Assembly: GCA_965153355.1 (NCBI GenBank)
Contig: OZ231126.1
Coordinates: 6,324,001 to 6,388,000, forward strand
DNA: 64,000 nt
Direction of reading: 5' to 3'
Source: Flaccisagitta enflata
Lineage: Eukaryota
Shown here: positions 1-13,200 of the stretch, piece after piece
How the letters are laid out: each line of letters opens with the position of its first letter
How positions within the stretch are numbered: the first letter of the stretch is position 1
The notes under the pieces: model-generated
The model's database searches: none
What the model was told of the DNA's origin: nothing
Seen by the model: the letters and a program-made list of their open reading frames with translations, nothing else
Made by a program: the position numbers and the translations under genes

Positions 1-550
1 AGATTAATGAGCCGGTTGTGCCCACGAACCTGTCAGTCAGAACATCAGTCTTGTCGTCCACTGTGTAACAACCATACTAAGTATTGTAGAATGCGGTTGG
101 GTCGGTCAGAAATTATGTATAAGCCACTAGTAGTCTAAAAAATAATATGGACTGGCGGACGGACACTCGCAAGGACACATCTTGTGGTAATGGAATGCGG
201 GAACGCTAATAAAAAGCGAAACCCGGGGCAGCTGCGATTTTGAAAAATGGGATCAGGGAAAACAGAAATTCGTCATCATCACGCACGCGAGGGTTGTTGA
301 TTCAGCCATTCCAATTGGAAAACAAAACATCGACGCCGAATATGAAGTTCATAGGCGGAGTGAGTGTCTGGCGAGGTACGTAACAGTCTGGCTAGTCACG
401 ATGTGAAGTTTGTTTAACAATAAATTACAGTTGTTGTCCACTTGGTCAGAAATTCCGATGGTCGAGACAAAATTCCCACAACGCCGTTAGACGAAATAAT
501 ATATCCGCGGCGAATATCTTAGTTTGGTGTTGCATCAGTTACAACAATTG

Positions 551-3500
551 TCATACTAGGCCTACGTAACTCACCCCAGCGTTTTCTATTCGGGTTTCTT
601 CTGTCGTTTCGCCATTTGTCTTCCGCCGGGGAACACGCCCCACGTACGAGTTCTTCGAATGCATTAACGACCCCAAAGCCACTGTCGTCGCCGCAATCGC
701 CGTCATCGGCGCGGTTGTTATCGTCATCGAAGTCGGCGTCGGGGATGACATCTGAAGACGTTGGTGCTCGAACGGTTGGGGTGGTACTTGGTTCACGGCG
801 CGTCCGTTTAGTTTATCATCATGACGTTTTCGAGCCTTGCTACACACGTCGCTGGTTGTCGGACGACGGCGCTTTTTCCCGCCTGACCGCGTCTGTCTGG
901 CGGTCTGTCTGGCGTCGATGGTGGTCGAACGAACTTCCAAGTCGCCGTTCAAAGTCGTTGCGTGTTTATCTTGTCCGGCGTTAATGATTGTTGAATGAAG
1001 TTGTTCCTGGCCGGCGTTGATGGTGGTAGAATGAAGTTGCTCGTCGGAAATCGTCGAAGGCGGAGACCGGAAGTCGTTCAAATTGATGTCGACGTTCAAA
1101 ACTTGACGGACGTCTCCTTCGCCCGAATGCCTGTCGAAGATTACATATAAAGCTCAACGTGATGATCTAAATCGAGTCTAACTCTACATACTTAGTCGCA
1201 TGAAAGTGGTCAATGCATGATCCAAATCGATGTGGCCAAAAAAACTTTTAGTGCAAGAATACCCCCTTCCACACATGTAAACAAGTTTCTGCACACCTCT
1301 ATCACGTATCGACCAACCCCCCGCTCGTACAACCTTCCCAACCTCTCACTCTTCCCGTCACCTCGTGTTGATGTGTCGTTTGACCTTTTGAGCTTGGATG
1401 CTTCTATACTCGCATCGACTACAAGCGTAAGGTTTAATTCCCTGATGAGCCATTAGGTGAGCTTTCAGTCCCGGAGGATAACGCGTCGAGTACGGACAGA
1501 TATTACAAAACAGCGATTTTGACGACGACGAAGATGAGGAAGAGCCTGTTGTTGACGTGGATGTTGCGGTTGATGCTGTTGTTGATGCTGTTGTTGTTGT
1601 CGCTGTTGCCGATTCACATCGTCCTTGTACTCCATCGCCGTCTTCATCGCCTCCGTGTCGTTGCAAGTGAATTTTAAGTTCGAATTTAGTGTGCGCGGCG
1701 TAAGAACAGGAAGTCACGTGGCATTTGTGGCGTTTCTCGCCTCCGTGGCGTCGAGTTACGTGACGAGAAAGAATTACGCCATCGCTCGACCGGAAACTAT
1801 ACGTGGGAATGGAAAAGGGATGAGGGTGAGAAGGTGAGGGAGGAGAGGAAGAGGAGAGGATGGTGGGAAGAAGAGGATGGTGTGAAGTAGGGAGGATTGT
1901 GGGAAGAAGGTAGGATGGTGGGAAGAAGAGAGGATGGTGAGAAGGAGGAGAGTGGGAAGAAGGGAGGATGGTGGGAAGAAGGGAGGATGGTGGGAAGAAG
2001 GGAGGATGGTGGGAAGAAGGGAGGATGGTGGGAAGAAGGGAGGATGGTGGGAAGAAGGGAGGATGGTGGGAAGAAAGGAGGATGGTGGGATGAAAAGGAA
2101 AGGGAGGACAGGTCGAGAAGAAAGAGGAATGAATGACGAAGGGAAAAAACGAGAAGGGGAGGAGGGAGGAGAAAAGGAGGAGGAAGGATAGAAGGAGAAG
2201 GAGAATAATATACAGGAAGGATAGAGAGGAGGCCGGAGGAAAATGCATCAAGGGCTTGACCGCGTAACTCTGCTTAGCTTCACTAGTCTTAACCAAATGA
2301 TTGAACTCCGTTCCGGATGCAACGAAAATTCCTTTCCAAAATAAAAATGTGTGAAACCTGCACTTGGGGCACGCCAATTGTTTATGTTCCGGATGGGAGA
2401 CTGCCACGTGTTTCTGCAAGGCGGATTTGTAAGGCGAAGTGAAGTCGTCGCAATATTCGCAGTTGAGTGGTTCTCCAGTGTGCTTTCTTACGTGTTCTTT
2501 ATACGTGTTCTTTTGACTGTAGGAGGGACGGAGAGGGAAATTGAGGGAGGGACAGAGGGAAGGATGAGGTAGGGCAAGATAGGGGAGGGGGAGAGAGAGA
2601 GTGAGAGCATGATAGCGAGAGCGCGAGAGAGTGAAAGAGCGCGAGAAAAAAAAAAGAAAGAATGCGCTGAAAGTCACAGAGTTCATGTGTGAATTCATAC
2701 AATATATAGCGCAAAAGTGCCAAGGCGTTGAAACAAGGCCAAGTTATGGCCAATAAGTGCGCCTCGCTTGATTAAGAATTTGCGAATGAACGTTGATGAA
2801 TGAATGAATGAATGAATGAACAAACGAATAAATGAATGAATGAATGTGGCAAGGCATGAGAGGTGATTGGAATGAGGAACCACGTCAGAATTAGCTTTTT
2901 GCACATTTTAAACGTTTGCGTTACCAACCAACCGACCAACTAAACCAACCGACGGACACGACCTCTTATAGAAGTGCGAGGACGCACTTAAAAAAAAACA
3001 AAAAAAAAAACAGAAGGAACAAGAAAATCGAGTACAAACAAGTACAATATCCATGATTTTCGTCCCCATAATCCAAGAAAGCAGAATATTTCAAATTTAA
3101 ATGGTGTTAAATCTGGTTTCATGATTTGGTTACCGCCAAAAGTAATATTTTCCCTCAATTTTTAGTCGCGTGCACGCGACTCTACAACCCACTCCGTCGG
3201 TCCGTCCGTCCGTCGGTCGGTCCGTCCGTCCGTAACACTTTGCTTTTTTGCGTCGATTTTTGTCATTTTGGGTTTTCTGGAGTTATTTTGAATCATTTTT
3301 TTGGTGTTTTTGAGAATTTTTGGTTGTTTTTGGTCATTTTTTATCATTTTTGGTCATTTTTGGTCATTTTTGGTCATTTTGGTCATTTTGATCATTTTGG
3401 TCATTTTGGTCATTTTTGATCATTTTTGGTCATTTTTGGTCATTTTTGGTCATTTTTGGTCATTTTTGGTCATTTTGGTCATTTTTGGTCATTTTGGTCA

Positions 3501-6500
3501 TTTTGGTCATTTTGGTCATTTTTGGTCATTTTTGGTCATTTTTGGTAATTTTTATGTCATTTTTGGTCATTTTTGGTCATTTTTGATTATTTTTGGTCAT
3601 TTTTGGTCATTTTTAATCATTTTTGGTCATTTTGGTCATTTTGGTCATTTTTGGTCATTTTTGGTCATTTTTGGTCATTTTGGTCAGTTTTGGTCTTTTT
3701 TGGTCATTTTTGGTCATTTTGTTCATTTTTGGTTATTTTGGTCACTTTGCATTTTTGCATTGTCTATATATTGTCTATATATATATTGTTTGGTTTAGGT
3801 CTGCTGGTTTAGGTCTGCTGGTTAAGTCTGCCAGTTTAAGTTGGCTGGTTAAAGTTGGCTGGTTTAGGTCGGCTGGTTTAAGTCGGCTAGTTTAAGTCGG
3901 CTGGTTTAAGTTGGCAGGTTTAAGTTGGCTGGTTTAAATCCGCTGGTTTAAGTCTGCAGGTTTAAGTCTGCTGGTTTAGGTCCGCTGGTTTAAGTCCGCT
4001 GGTTTAAGTCTGGCATAAGTCTGATGGTTGAAGTCAGCTGGTTTAAGTCTGGTTTAAGTCTGGTTTAAGTCTGGTATAAGTCTGGTTTAAGTCTTCTGGT
4101 TTAAGTCTGGTTTAAGTCTGCTGGTTTAAGTCTGCTGGTTTAAGTCTGCTGGTTTAAGTCTGCTGGTTTAAGTCTGCTGGTTTAAGTCTGCTGGTTTAAG
4201 TCTGCTGGTTTAAGTCTGCTGGTTTAAGTCTGCTGGTTTAAGTCTGCTGGTTTAAGTCTGCTGGTGTAAGTCTGCTGGTTTAAGTCTGCTGGTTTAAGTC
4301 TGCTGGTTTAAGTCTGCTGGTTTAAGTCTGCTGGTTTAAGTCTGCTGGTTTAAGTCTGCTGGTTTAAGTCTGCTGGTTTAAGTCTGCTGGTTTGGGTCTG
4401 GTTTAAGTCTGGTTTAAGTCTGGTTTAAGTCTGGTTTATGTCTGGTTTAAGTCTGGTTTAAGTCTGGTTTAAGTCTGGTTTAAGTTTGTTTTAAGTCTGG
4501 TTTGAGTCTGGTTTGAGTCTGGTTTGAGTCTGGTTTGAGTCTGGTTTAAGTCTGGTTTATGTCTGGTTTATAATAATATAATATAATATAAAGTATAGCA
4601 ACCAAAGCAGACCCCGGAGAGTCCATAACTACTACCTTGTTTTAGCAAGATAGTAGTGGTTGCTACCAGTACAAAAATTCCGAACGAAATTAATAATATT
4701 TGTTTTTCTTCACGCCTTCACAAGTTGATACGCTTAGATTTGTAGATTATGCCAGTCCCAATCGATTCCAATTTACAAACTAACTCCACTGAGTTGATGT
4801 TGTCATAGTCGTTGTCATTGTCGTTGTTGCTGATATTGCCTATTTTGTCGCTGTTGTTGTCATTGTCATTGTTGAAAGAGTTGTTGCTGAAGACATCAGT
4901 GTTTTTGGTGTCAACGCAGCTATTGCCGTTGTTGTTGCTGCATGTGTGGTGACACGGCAGAATTTTTTCTTAATTCATCCATTTCTGTCTCTAATTTTGC
5001 GACAAGATCTTTCAAATTCTCAAAATCATCCTTTGATGATTGATCATGCTTTTGCTTTTCTTCCTGCCACAACTGTTCAACATTCATGATTCTTTTATCC
5101 TGATCTTCCAAGCAATTTCTAGATGCTGCCAGTTGAGCTTCCAGACTTTTTATTTCTTGCTTCAACAAGTTTTGCCCCTCGTTCATTTCTACCTGCTCCT
5201 TTGCAATTTCTAAAAGGTGAGAGGCCCAATGCTTCTTCATTGCTTCAGCTGCTATTCCCCCTTTGTCAAGAACTGCCATGGTAACAGCCTTGGACACCAT
5301 GCTGTTAACTTCCTCACTGATACATTCCATCAAGTCGTTCACCTTCCCACCAACAGATGAAATTTCCTTACGCATATCAGCAAAAACAGAATTTGTCACC
5401 TCCTGAATCTTTTTCACCTGAGACAATTCCTTTCTCAGATTCTCAATACTGTTCTCTTCAGCTGGGGTTGTTTCAACGTCAATTTTTTGTTTTCCTTTCC
5501 CTTTTGGAGGCATTTTCTTTATCTTGATTTCTTTAGGGTTTAAACAAATTGAAACTACTCAATTATAAGTCTGGTTTGAGTCTGGCTTGAGTCTGGTTTG
5601 GGTCTGGTTTGGGTCTGATTTAAGACTGATTTTCGATAGAAAGATACAATAAGGAGTCAGGTCAGTTCAGTTATTTTTGTCTTGCACGCGACTTATAGGT
5701 GTTGGCCTTGTCTTTTTCCTCCCCCCCTTTTTTATCCCCCATCTCCAAACCCATTGATTCCCCCCCCTCCGGGGGGGGGGGGGGGGAAAACTCAATTATA
5801 AACAGGCCTGTAATAAATTACCTACACGTGAAAGGGCAGAGATCACAGGAGAATCGTTTGGCGTCCATGTGGGCGGAAACCAGATGACGCCGCAGACTGA
5901 ACATGGACGCCATTTTTTTATCGCACAAATTGCAAAGGAATTGTTTATCGTGGACACGCAGGTGAGCGTTGAAACGACCTGAAAAGGGCATAGAAAAAAA
6001 GGGACCGGGGGGGGAGGGGGAAGAATGAATGAAATTAAGTGACGCGGGGTCACAATATCGTTGCGGACGGGTGGGCAGTGGGCACCCCATGTCCATCTCA
6101 CATACACAAAAAACATTTTCGCACTTTCTGACTCCTGTCCATGGACTGACGGACCGACGGACGGACAAAGCCTCTTAAAGAGTTAAGTGTCCGCTACTAA
6201 AAAAGAAAGAGACAGAGGAGAAAGAGGAGAGAAAGCGAGGAGAGAGAATGAAGGTAAAAAAGACAAGGACGTAAAGACAGCCAAGGATAGAACGAAACAA
6301 AGTTAGAAAGAAAGCCATGAGTAGGTAAAAAGGCAAGGAAAAAAGGCAAGGAAAAAAGGCAAGGAAAAAATACAAGGAATGTAAGGAGAAGGAGAGAATG
6401 AAAGACAGACAAGGAGAGAAAGACAGAAACCAAGCAAGCGAAATAGATAGAAAGGAAGGTGAGCGAGACAGGTGCGTAACGCGATAGATTCTTTCAATTA

Positions 6501-9500
6501 AAATCGAAGACAAACAAACGAATGTTGAATCATCATAATTCAGGTTCATTTGCGCGAGACTAATGAGGCTTTAATTGAAAATGACGCAAACGGCAAACCT
6601 CGATGCGAAACTGCGAAGTTGCATCCGGGAAAACCACACGTAAACTGTCCTTGCTGTTCCGCGGGACCTGGAAAAATGGAAATGCGGAAGAATCAAATTA
6701 GGGACGATATGCGATATGGTTTCATCTCGTCGGACACCCCACGCCCCCAACGGCCAGATTACTTTTCAGCGCGCCAGTCAATGCCGATTCGAGGAAAGAA
6801 GCATCAGGCTCGCAAGTGTATCTCAAATGATTCAACTCCACCTATTTCGATTAATAATCAGTTTCTCTCAAAATATATATTTTTGAGATGAACCGACTCA
6901 TTCGGAATACCCGAGAAGTGTTTTCTCTTCTAATGATAAAGAATATTTCTTTTCCCCACTAAACGCGATTGTGATTCATATCATGAAACTAGTTTAGAGT
7001 TAAATTGTTGACAGAAATCTTACAACTGCTCTTTCTATGCCCAGTCTCTCAACGTTTCGATAATGAACGGCATTATGCAAATCAGCTTATTCTTCCCACA
7101 ATAACCAGACCATACACGTCCGTTTCCATCTCTTACCATGCGCGGAGAGATGTTTCTTCATGAAACCCTTGAATTTGGTCTCATACGGACAAAACTTGCA
7201 GAGAAAGACGAAATCTTGATCGTCGTCGTCGTCAACCTCCGACGTTGTCGCCTTCTTTAGCGTGTACAGAACATTCCACCGTCTCTCGAACTCACTTTTA
7301 CTTTCTTCGTCTTCTTCCTCCTCCTCTCCTTGTCCCTGCTTTCCCCCTATTTCGTCATCGGAAATCAGCTCCTTCCTTCCCTTGGCCCTCCTAACTCTAC
7401 CCGGTAACCCATCAACTGCATACGAATTTAACCTTCTCGGTTCCGTCTCTTTAACTCGCCATACATCCTCGGAGGCTTCTGAAGTTTCCACCCCTTCGTC
7501 GTCATAAATATCGTCATCGTCGTCATCATTGGCATCGTCGTTGTCGTCGAACGAATAATCGAAATCCAGTCGCTTAACCTTCCTTCGCCGATCCCTTTTA
7601 GGCCTTCCGACGGACATGACTTGCACGTTCTGGACCGAACTATGATCGATGAAGTCGCTCGGCGCAGCGATCCGCGCGTTGCTCGCGTTGGCGTCGCTGT
7701 CCGGAAACGCGTCTTCATCGATGGCAGACTCGGAAACAACGACTGTCTCCAAGGCCGTGACGGACTCGTGAACAGCTCCTGGCGCTGCGCATGGCTCGTC
7801 AATTATCTCCGAGGGCGCGTCAGACACGTAAACAGTTGCTGGTGTCTCGTTGGACTGGACGACAGACCGTGACGGCTTGTTGGACTTTACAGTTTTCGCT
7901 AGCACGTTGGACTCGTCGTTGTATAGAGAATCAGATAGAGGATTAGGTTTAGTAAAATGAGGATGAGATACGGAATTCTGCGTAATTGTTTCAATGGAAT
8001 GAGGATGAGGAAGATGCAGAGGTTCCCAATGGACAGCCACTTCATCGCCGACTAGACCTTCCAACTCAGATGAGACTACGGGATCCTCGACCAATTCTGG
8101 ATTATTCGTCGTCGTCACATCCAACATAGGATGGTCGGTCAGTTCACGAGTAGGCCTTTCGTAAATGGGAGACGATGACGAAGTGGGGACGGCAGAATGA
8201 GTAATGATCGAAGCTTGCTTGATATTTTTAATCTGATTTTCAAATAACGCGAGGTTTTTGTTTTGATTTTTTGTTATTGCCGTCGTCATCGTCGTCGTTG
8301 TTGTTTGTGGCGTCACTGGAGTGATATTCTTGTCAATCGCCCTTATTTTGCTCGTTGTCGAGGCAGTAGTCGTTGGAGGTGACATGTTAATTGTCTTTGA
8401 CGTCGTCGTCATCGTCGTCGTCATAGTAATTGTCGTCGTCGTAGTCACATTTAACATATTTGCCGTCTTTGGTGGCGTGAGGTTCCCCGTGGTCTGAGCG
8501 ATTATCTCTGTAGGAGACGGAGTAAATGGAATCGCTCCGTTTGTCCTTAAACATGAATCACTAATGGAGGATTTACGATCGATGACACTTATTTTTCCAG
8601 AGCCGTTGTCTGTGACTCTTAAAGGTCGCCGTTCTTCCGAAAGGCTCAGTATTTTATCATCAGAGGTTGTGGTTGTGGTGGTGGTGGTGGTGGTGGTGGT
8701 GGTGGTGGTGGTGGTGGTGGTGGTGGACGTGGTGGTAGTGGAAGTGGTGGTAGTGGCGGCGTTAGTGGCGGAATTGGTGCGATCGATCGATGAAGCAGAG
8801 GCAAGTGTGGCGCCTAAAAGAAGGGAAGAACCACATTCCTGGAGGGACTTCAATATCTGAAGCCTAGTAAGTAGAAAAGTGTTACAATCGCTGATTCTCC
8901 AATTTCCGCCGCAGCCAAACTTTCCGGATCGCGAAGGATCATCATTCGTTTATGTCGTTGCTAACGAATCTTTCGTCTCCTCGACGTCTTCATCATCATC
9001 CACCTCATAGTCTTCCTCCTTATCTTCTTCTTCCGGCGACTCATCACTAGTTTCTCTTCCTCTTCTTGCTGCCAATCTCTTCCAATGAAACTTCGCCTCG
9101 TCACTTATATCAAACTTCGATACATAGCTCACCGGCTTGATGGCCTCGTCTCGGCCGTCATGAACCATTTGACAAATACTCTTAACATTTCCACCCCCAC
9201 CTCCTCCTCCCTCTCCATTTCCTCCTCCACCTTTCCCTCCCTCTCCACTAAGGCCCTGAAGTGATTGATCCAACACGCCGCCGCATTTGCCACAGACCGA
9301 CACCTGCACCAAGTAAAAGTCAAAACGAAACTTAATAAATGATAATACATAATAAATGATAGCACAGCCATAAAATACAAAAATCATGAACCAGTTATAT
9401 AACCGGGATAACCCCCACTAATGATTTTGGTGGTTGGTAGGTTGTTGGGGGTGCTAGGTGGTGATTAAGGTAGTATTTGTGGTGATTTTGTAATTTTTAG

Positions 9501-9718
9501 GTTACATTTTCCTCTAGTATATCCAAATCTCGCTATGTGCCACTGGAACCTAGGCAAGCATCCCCATGAGGCAATGGTGCGTCGAAAGCAGCATAAAGAA
9601 TGAAAAGTGGAACAAACGAGATCACCACATCCCTGTTTCCCGCTACCAAGTTACACACCGGCGAGGCTGGATGACAAACATAACCTACCTGAAGTTGCAC
9701 AACGTCCGAATGTCCCAT
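551..9718 (-). CDS. C2H2 zinc-finger protein (9 fingers, ~1106 aa; long Thr-rich and acidic low-complexity N-terminal region)
   Basis: Exons inferred (minus, GT-AG, phases consistent): 9718-9689 (tentative first exon MGHSDVVQLQ), 9303-9133, 8856-7137, 6667-6599, 5978-5822, 2516-2358, 1796-1362, 1130-551; total 3321 nt. Splicing rebuilds fingers with exact C-x12-H spacing across introns (CGFPGCNFAVSHR|GRFNAHLRVH, CDLCPFTC|SQKNTYKEHVRKH, CPKC|SFRSSDGVILSRHVTRRH, CSRCEYRSIQAQKVKRHINT|RH). HTGEP and HQGIKPY linkers present. The two 5' exons are less certain. Confidence 0.85.
1850..2095. repeat. Purine-rich 19-bp minisatellite (GGGAAGAAGGGAGGATGGT)n in a zinc-finger gene intron
   Basis: Directly visible tandem units. 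Confidence 0.85.
3158..5712 (+). mobile_element. Helentron-associated (HINE/DINE-1-like) element carrying two satellite arrays and an inserted ORF fragment
   Basis: 5' TTTTTAGTCGCGTGCACGCGACT hairpin and (GTCC/GTCG)n tract. Central arrays (TTTTGGTCAT)n at ~3320-3745 and (GTCTGCTGGTTTAA/GTCTGGTTTAA)n at ~3790-4570 and 5568-5625. 3' subterminal CACGCGACT at ~5685 followed by ...GGCCTTGT. Confidence 0.7.
4572..5567 (-). pseudogene. Decayed retroelement ORF1/gag-like coiled-coil fragment (ORF 5513-4920, 197 aa) inserted in the GTCTGGTTT satellite
   Basis: MPPKGKGKQK start, then a long heptad-rich coiled coil, then a Q/R-rich tract broken by stops. The satellite resumes on both sides, with a possible TTATAA duplication at the junctions. 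Confidence 0.5.
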
Positions 9719-10287
9719 CTTATTCTACTCCATTTCCTGATTTCCTTCAAATACTGGGATTCATTTTCTTTCCTCTTCCTCCAACTCCTCGAGTCAGTGT
9801 CGTGCCATATGACGCAATTTTCGATGTCTTGCAATACGATGGCATATCATCGTAGTGCCAATGGCGAGATTTCTTGTAATTTATTACCTGTGTCTTCCGT
9901 CGAGAAAAATTTAAAACACATGATCACATTTTTTTCAAACGAAGATGATAATAAATAAATAAAAACGAGACAAAAGTGTCCCTAATAGACAACCAGAAAA
10001 GCAGTCGTATCTCATTCGCTCTCAAATCGGCGAGAAAGTTTTATTGTATGAAAAGTAGTGACTTTTCTGCTCTTTAAGCGATGACAAATTGCGGTAAATA
10101 CGATTAACTAACTCCCGCCGTTTGGGAGCTAACCGGAAGATCAGAATTTGCGTACAGAAAGCATCGAAAACGATTATCAAAAGCGTTGGGTCACTAACGC
10201 ATTCTTTTTTGTGTATCAAAATGTTTGTGTTGATTGTTTCGAGTTCCGAGATCCCTTAATAACGTTTAATCAGACGCCCCGTCTTTT

Positions 10288-13200
10288 TTATCTGATATTA
10301 TTAATAATGGCGTGAGTGAATTCTGAGCTGTTGGCGTAACCTCCCAAGTCTCTCGTCCTGACTTTGCCGGCTTTGATGACGTTGTGCACGGATTTGGTGA
10401 TGACGTCCGCGTAACGATGCAATTGCATGTGACGTAACATGTTGGCCGCCGCTAAAAACATCGCGGTCGGGTTCGCGGCATCTTTACCCACCGCGCCTGT
10501 TTGGAGAGAGAGACAGAATTAAGGGGGAAGGTTATGAGTTTTTCTTTGGCAATGTGGAAACGTTTTCACTAGATACAGTATAGTGAGGCAAGATACCAAA
10601 CAATGATAACAATCGCGATCTGAGTCTCGGAGACAAGTTTAGCTAAACACGGCTAGGATAGAAAGCATATATATGGAGAGTAAAGACCAAAACGGGATTA
10701 AGGATCAGGATCAAGACAAGAGAGTCACAATAAACAGGTTGAATATTTTTAGTTGCGGACACGCAAATCTATAAGAGGCTACGTCCATCCGTCTGTCCGT
10801 AATGATCGAGTTGGAAAGTGTAAAAACGCGCATTTCCGCCCCCGCCCACCCGTCCGCAACTGGTATTGGTCGTGTATCCAGTCTTGTTTCGCTTACCGGC
10901 GAAAGCGTGCCTTGCACCAGGCTCAAATACAGCGACTTCGCTGCTGTAACTCTCTCCTGGCACAACACCCGCCCCTCCGACCAAACCTGCCAGAGAAGAA
11001 AGAAGTACTTACGGCTTTAGATTTCGATCGATAACATACAGATAAAATTATTCCTCAGTCGTGAGAAAAATAATGCAAACCTATCAGCGCATACAGTTGA
11101 ACTGACCTCCTCATTAGCGCAAAATATAAAACAATATATCATACAGACAACTACGAAAGTCAACGGCATGAACCAAGTGTACACACTAAACACAGTACAC
11201 ACGCACCCGCGGAGACGTTATCGACGATGTTGCCGTAGAGATTAGGCATGACCATGACGTCGAATTGGTAAGGATTGGAGACCAACTGCATGCAACAGTT
11301 ATCGATAATCATCGCTTCGAATTCGATGTTGGGATAATCTTTGGCTACATTTTTGCAGCATTGTAAGAATTGTCCGTCGGCTAACTTCATAATGTTGGCT
11401 TTGTGGACGGCGGTGACCTTTTTGCGGCCGTTACGGACGGCGTAGTCGAACGCGAACTTGGCAATACGCTCGCTTTTCGCTCTGGTTCATGGAAGGGGGG
11501 GGGGAACAGAAGACGATGAGTGGGTGAAACAACAAGGCCATATATACTCCCCCCTGTCGCGGACGGTTGGGCAGAACCGGGAAACGTTGAAAAACAACTG
11601 ACCGACGAACGGACGATTGGACGAACGGACGATCGGACGGTCGGACGGACGGACAAACACGGACAAGGCAACTTTGAGAGTCCTGTGTCCGCGACAAAAA
11701 AAGGACACATGGTTTATCTCTGCTTCAGAATTATTGTTTGACAAAATAACGAGGTGTAAATTTAAAGGTTTTCACGCCGACGATGACAAGAAAACCAATT
11801 TTGATGACACTGGGTATGAAGGGGGTAGGCTCCTAGGAGTCCTAGGACAGATTACTAACTCACATAACAACATATTTCTCATATGTTTCCTGTTAATGAT
11901 GACACACGGTAATTTCAGGAGAAACCAACCAAATCATAAAACCCTCAAATCATGGATTTTGCTTATTTATGGTGTACAGGTGCGCCCAGGGAAGTTATTT
12001 ACAGATCTCGAATCTTTTCGTTTTACGACCAATATTTTAGATTTTATGGCCGTTTGAAATTACCCAGTTTGGTATGAAGGGGGTAGACTCCTAGGAGTCC
12101 TAGGACAGTTTCACATAACTGCATATTTCTCAGTTTCCTTCATTTCCTATTAATACCTGGTAATAATCTTGAGCGATTCTACGACCCCCGGGACCGACTC
12201 GTGTTCCAAGGCGCTGTATTCTCCTTCCGTCTGTTCGCGGATGACTACAAAGTCCAAATGTCCGTGTCGCGTCTTCAAGCCCGGAAGCGAGTTGACGCGG
12301 ACGACGTTGGCGAAGAGATCGATCGACTTCCGGAGACGCATGTTCGAAGAGTCGGCGTGGGCCGAAGTCGAAGGAACAGCGATGATGCCTGTGTGGGGAT
12401 TTAAAAGGAAAAGTGTGACTGATTAACAGGAGCTTTTAAAGCTTGTGCAAGCAAAATCGAGGATATATCGATATGGTATTCAGATCAAACTGAGAATCGT
12501 AATTACTATAATGGTCTCTCTTTCTTTCTGTTTCTTTTTTTTTTTCTTTTTCTTTCTAGCAAGATTCCACTTTCTATCTTTCTGTCTGTTTCTCTTATAA
12601 TTCTTTCTTTCCTTTCAATCTTTCTTACTTTCTATTTTTCTTTCTTTCTATCTTTCTTTTTATCTGTCTGTTTCTCTCATAATTCTTACTTTCCATCTTT
12701 CTTTCTATCTTTCTAGCTTTCTATCTTTCTATCGTTCATTCTTTCTATCTTTCATTTTTTCTATCTTTCATTCTGTCTTATCTTTCAATCTATCTTTCAA
12801 TCTATCTTTCAATCTTTCTTTCTATCTTTCAATATTTCTTTCTATCTTTCTTTCCATCTTTCATTCTTTCTAACTATCTTTCATTCTATCTTTCTATCTA
12901 TCTTTCGTTCTATCTTTCATTCTATCTATCTTTCGTTCTATCTTTCACAGGGGTGTATATTGTTCTATGATCTTTGATTATTTCCCCCCCCCCTGCCTTT
13001 GATTTTCTTCCCCGCATTAGAAATGAATGAATTTCTTGCCCATATAGCAATAAAACAGCGTTTTTAAGGTTTAGTGTTAAATTGTGTTTTACTGATCAGT
13101 ATTTAAGATTTTGTACTGCCAAAAGTTTTATCTTCCCTAATTTTTTTTTTCTCTTTTTTCCCCCTCAAATTTCCTTCCCCATCTCCAAACCCTTTGATTA

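Noticed and set aside
616-984. Plus-strand ORFs antisense to coding exons (also 7262-7872, 30147-30407, 47218-47517)
   Set aside because: Shadow ORFs of GC-rich minus-strand exons.
3301-3895. Hydrophobic ORFs (FGHFWSFLVI repeats)
   Set aside because: Translation of the TTTTGGTCAT satellite inside a HINE element.
8950-9132. Acidic continuation of ORF 9387-8950
   Set aside because: Ends in a stop. A good donor CCG|GTGAGC at 9133/9132 joins the large exon in frame, so I treat it as intron, though an intron-retained short isoform is not excluded.
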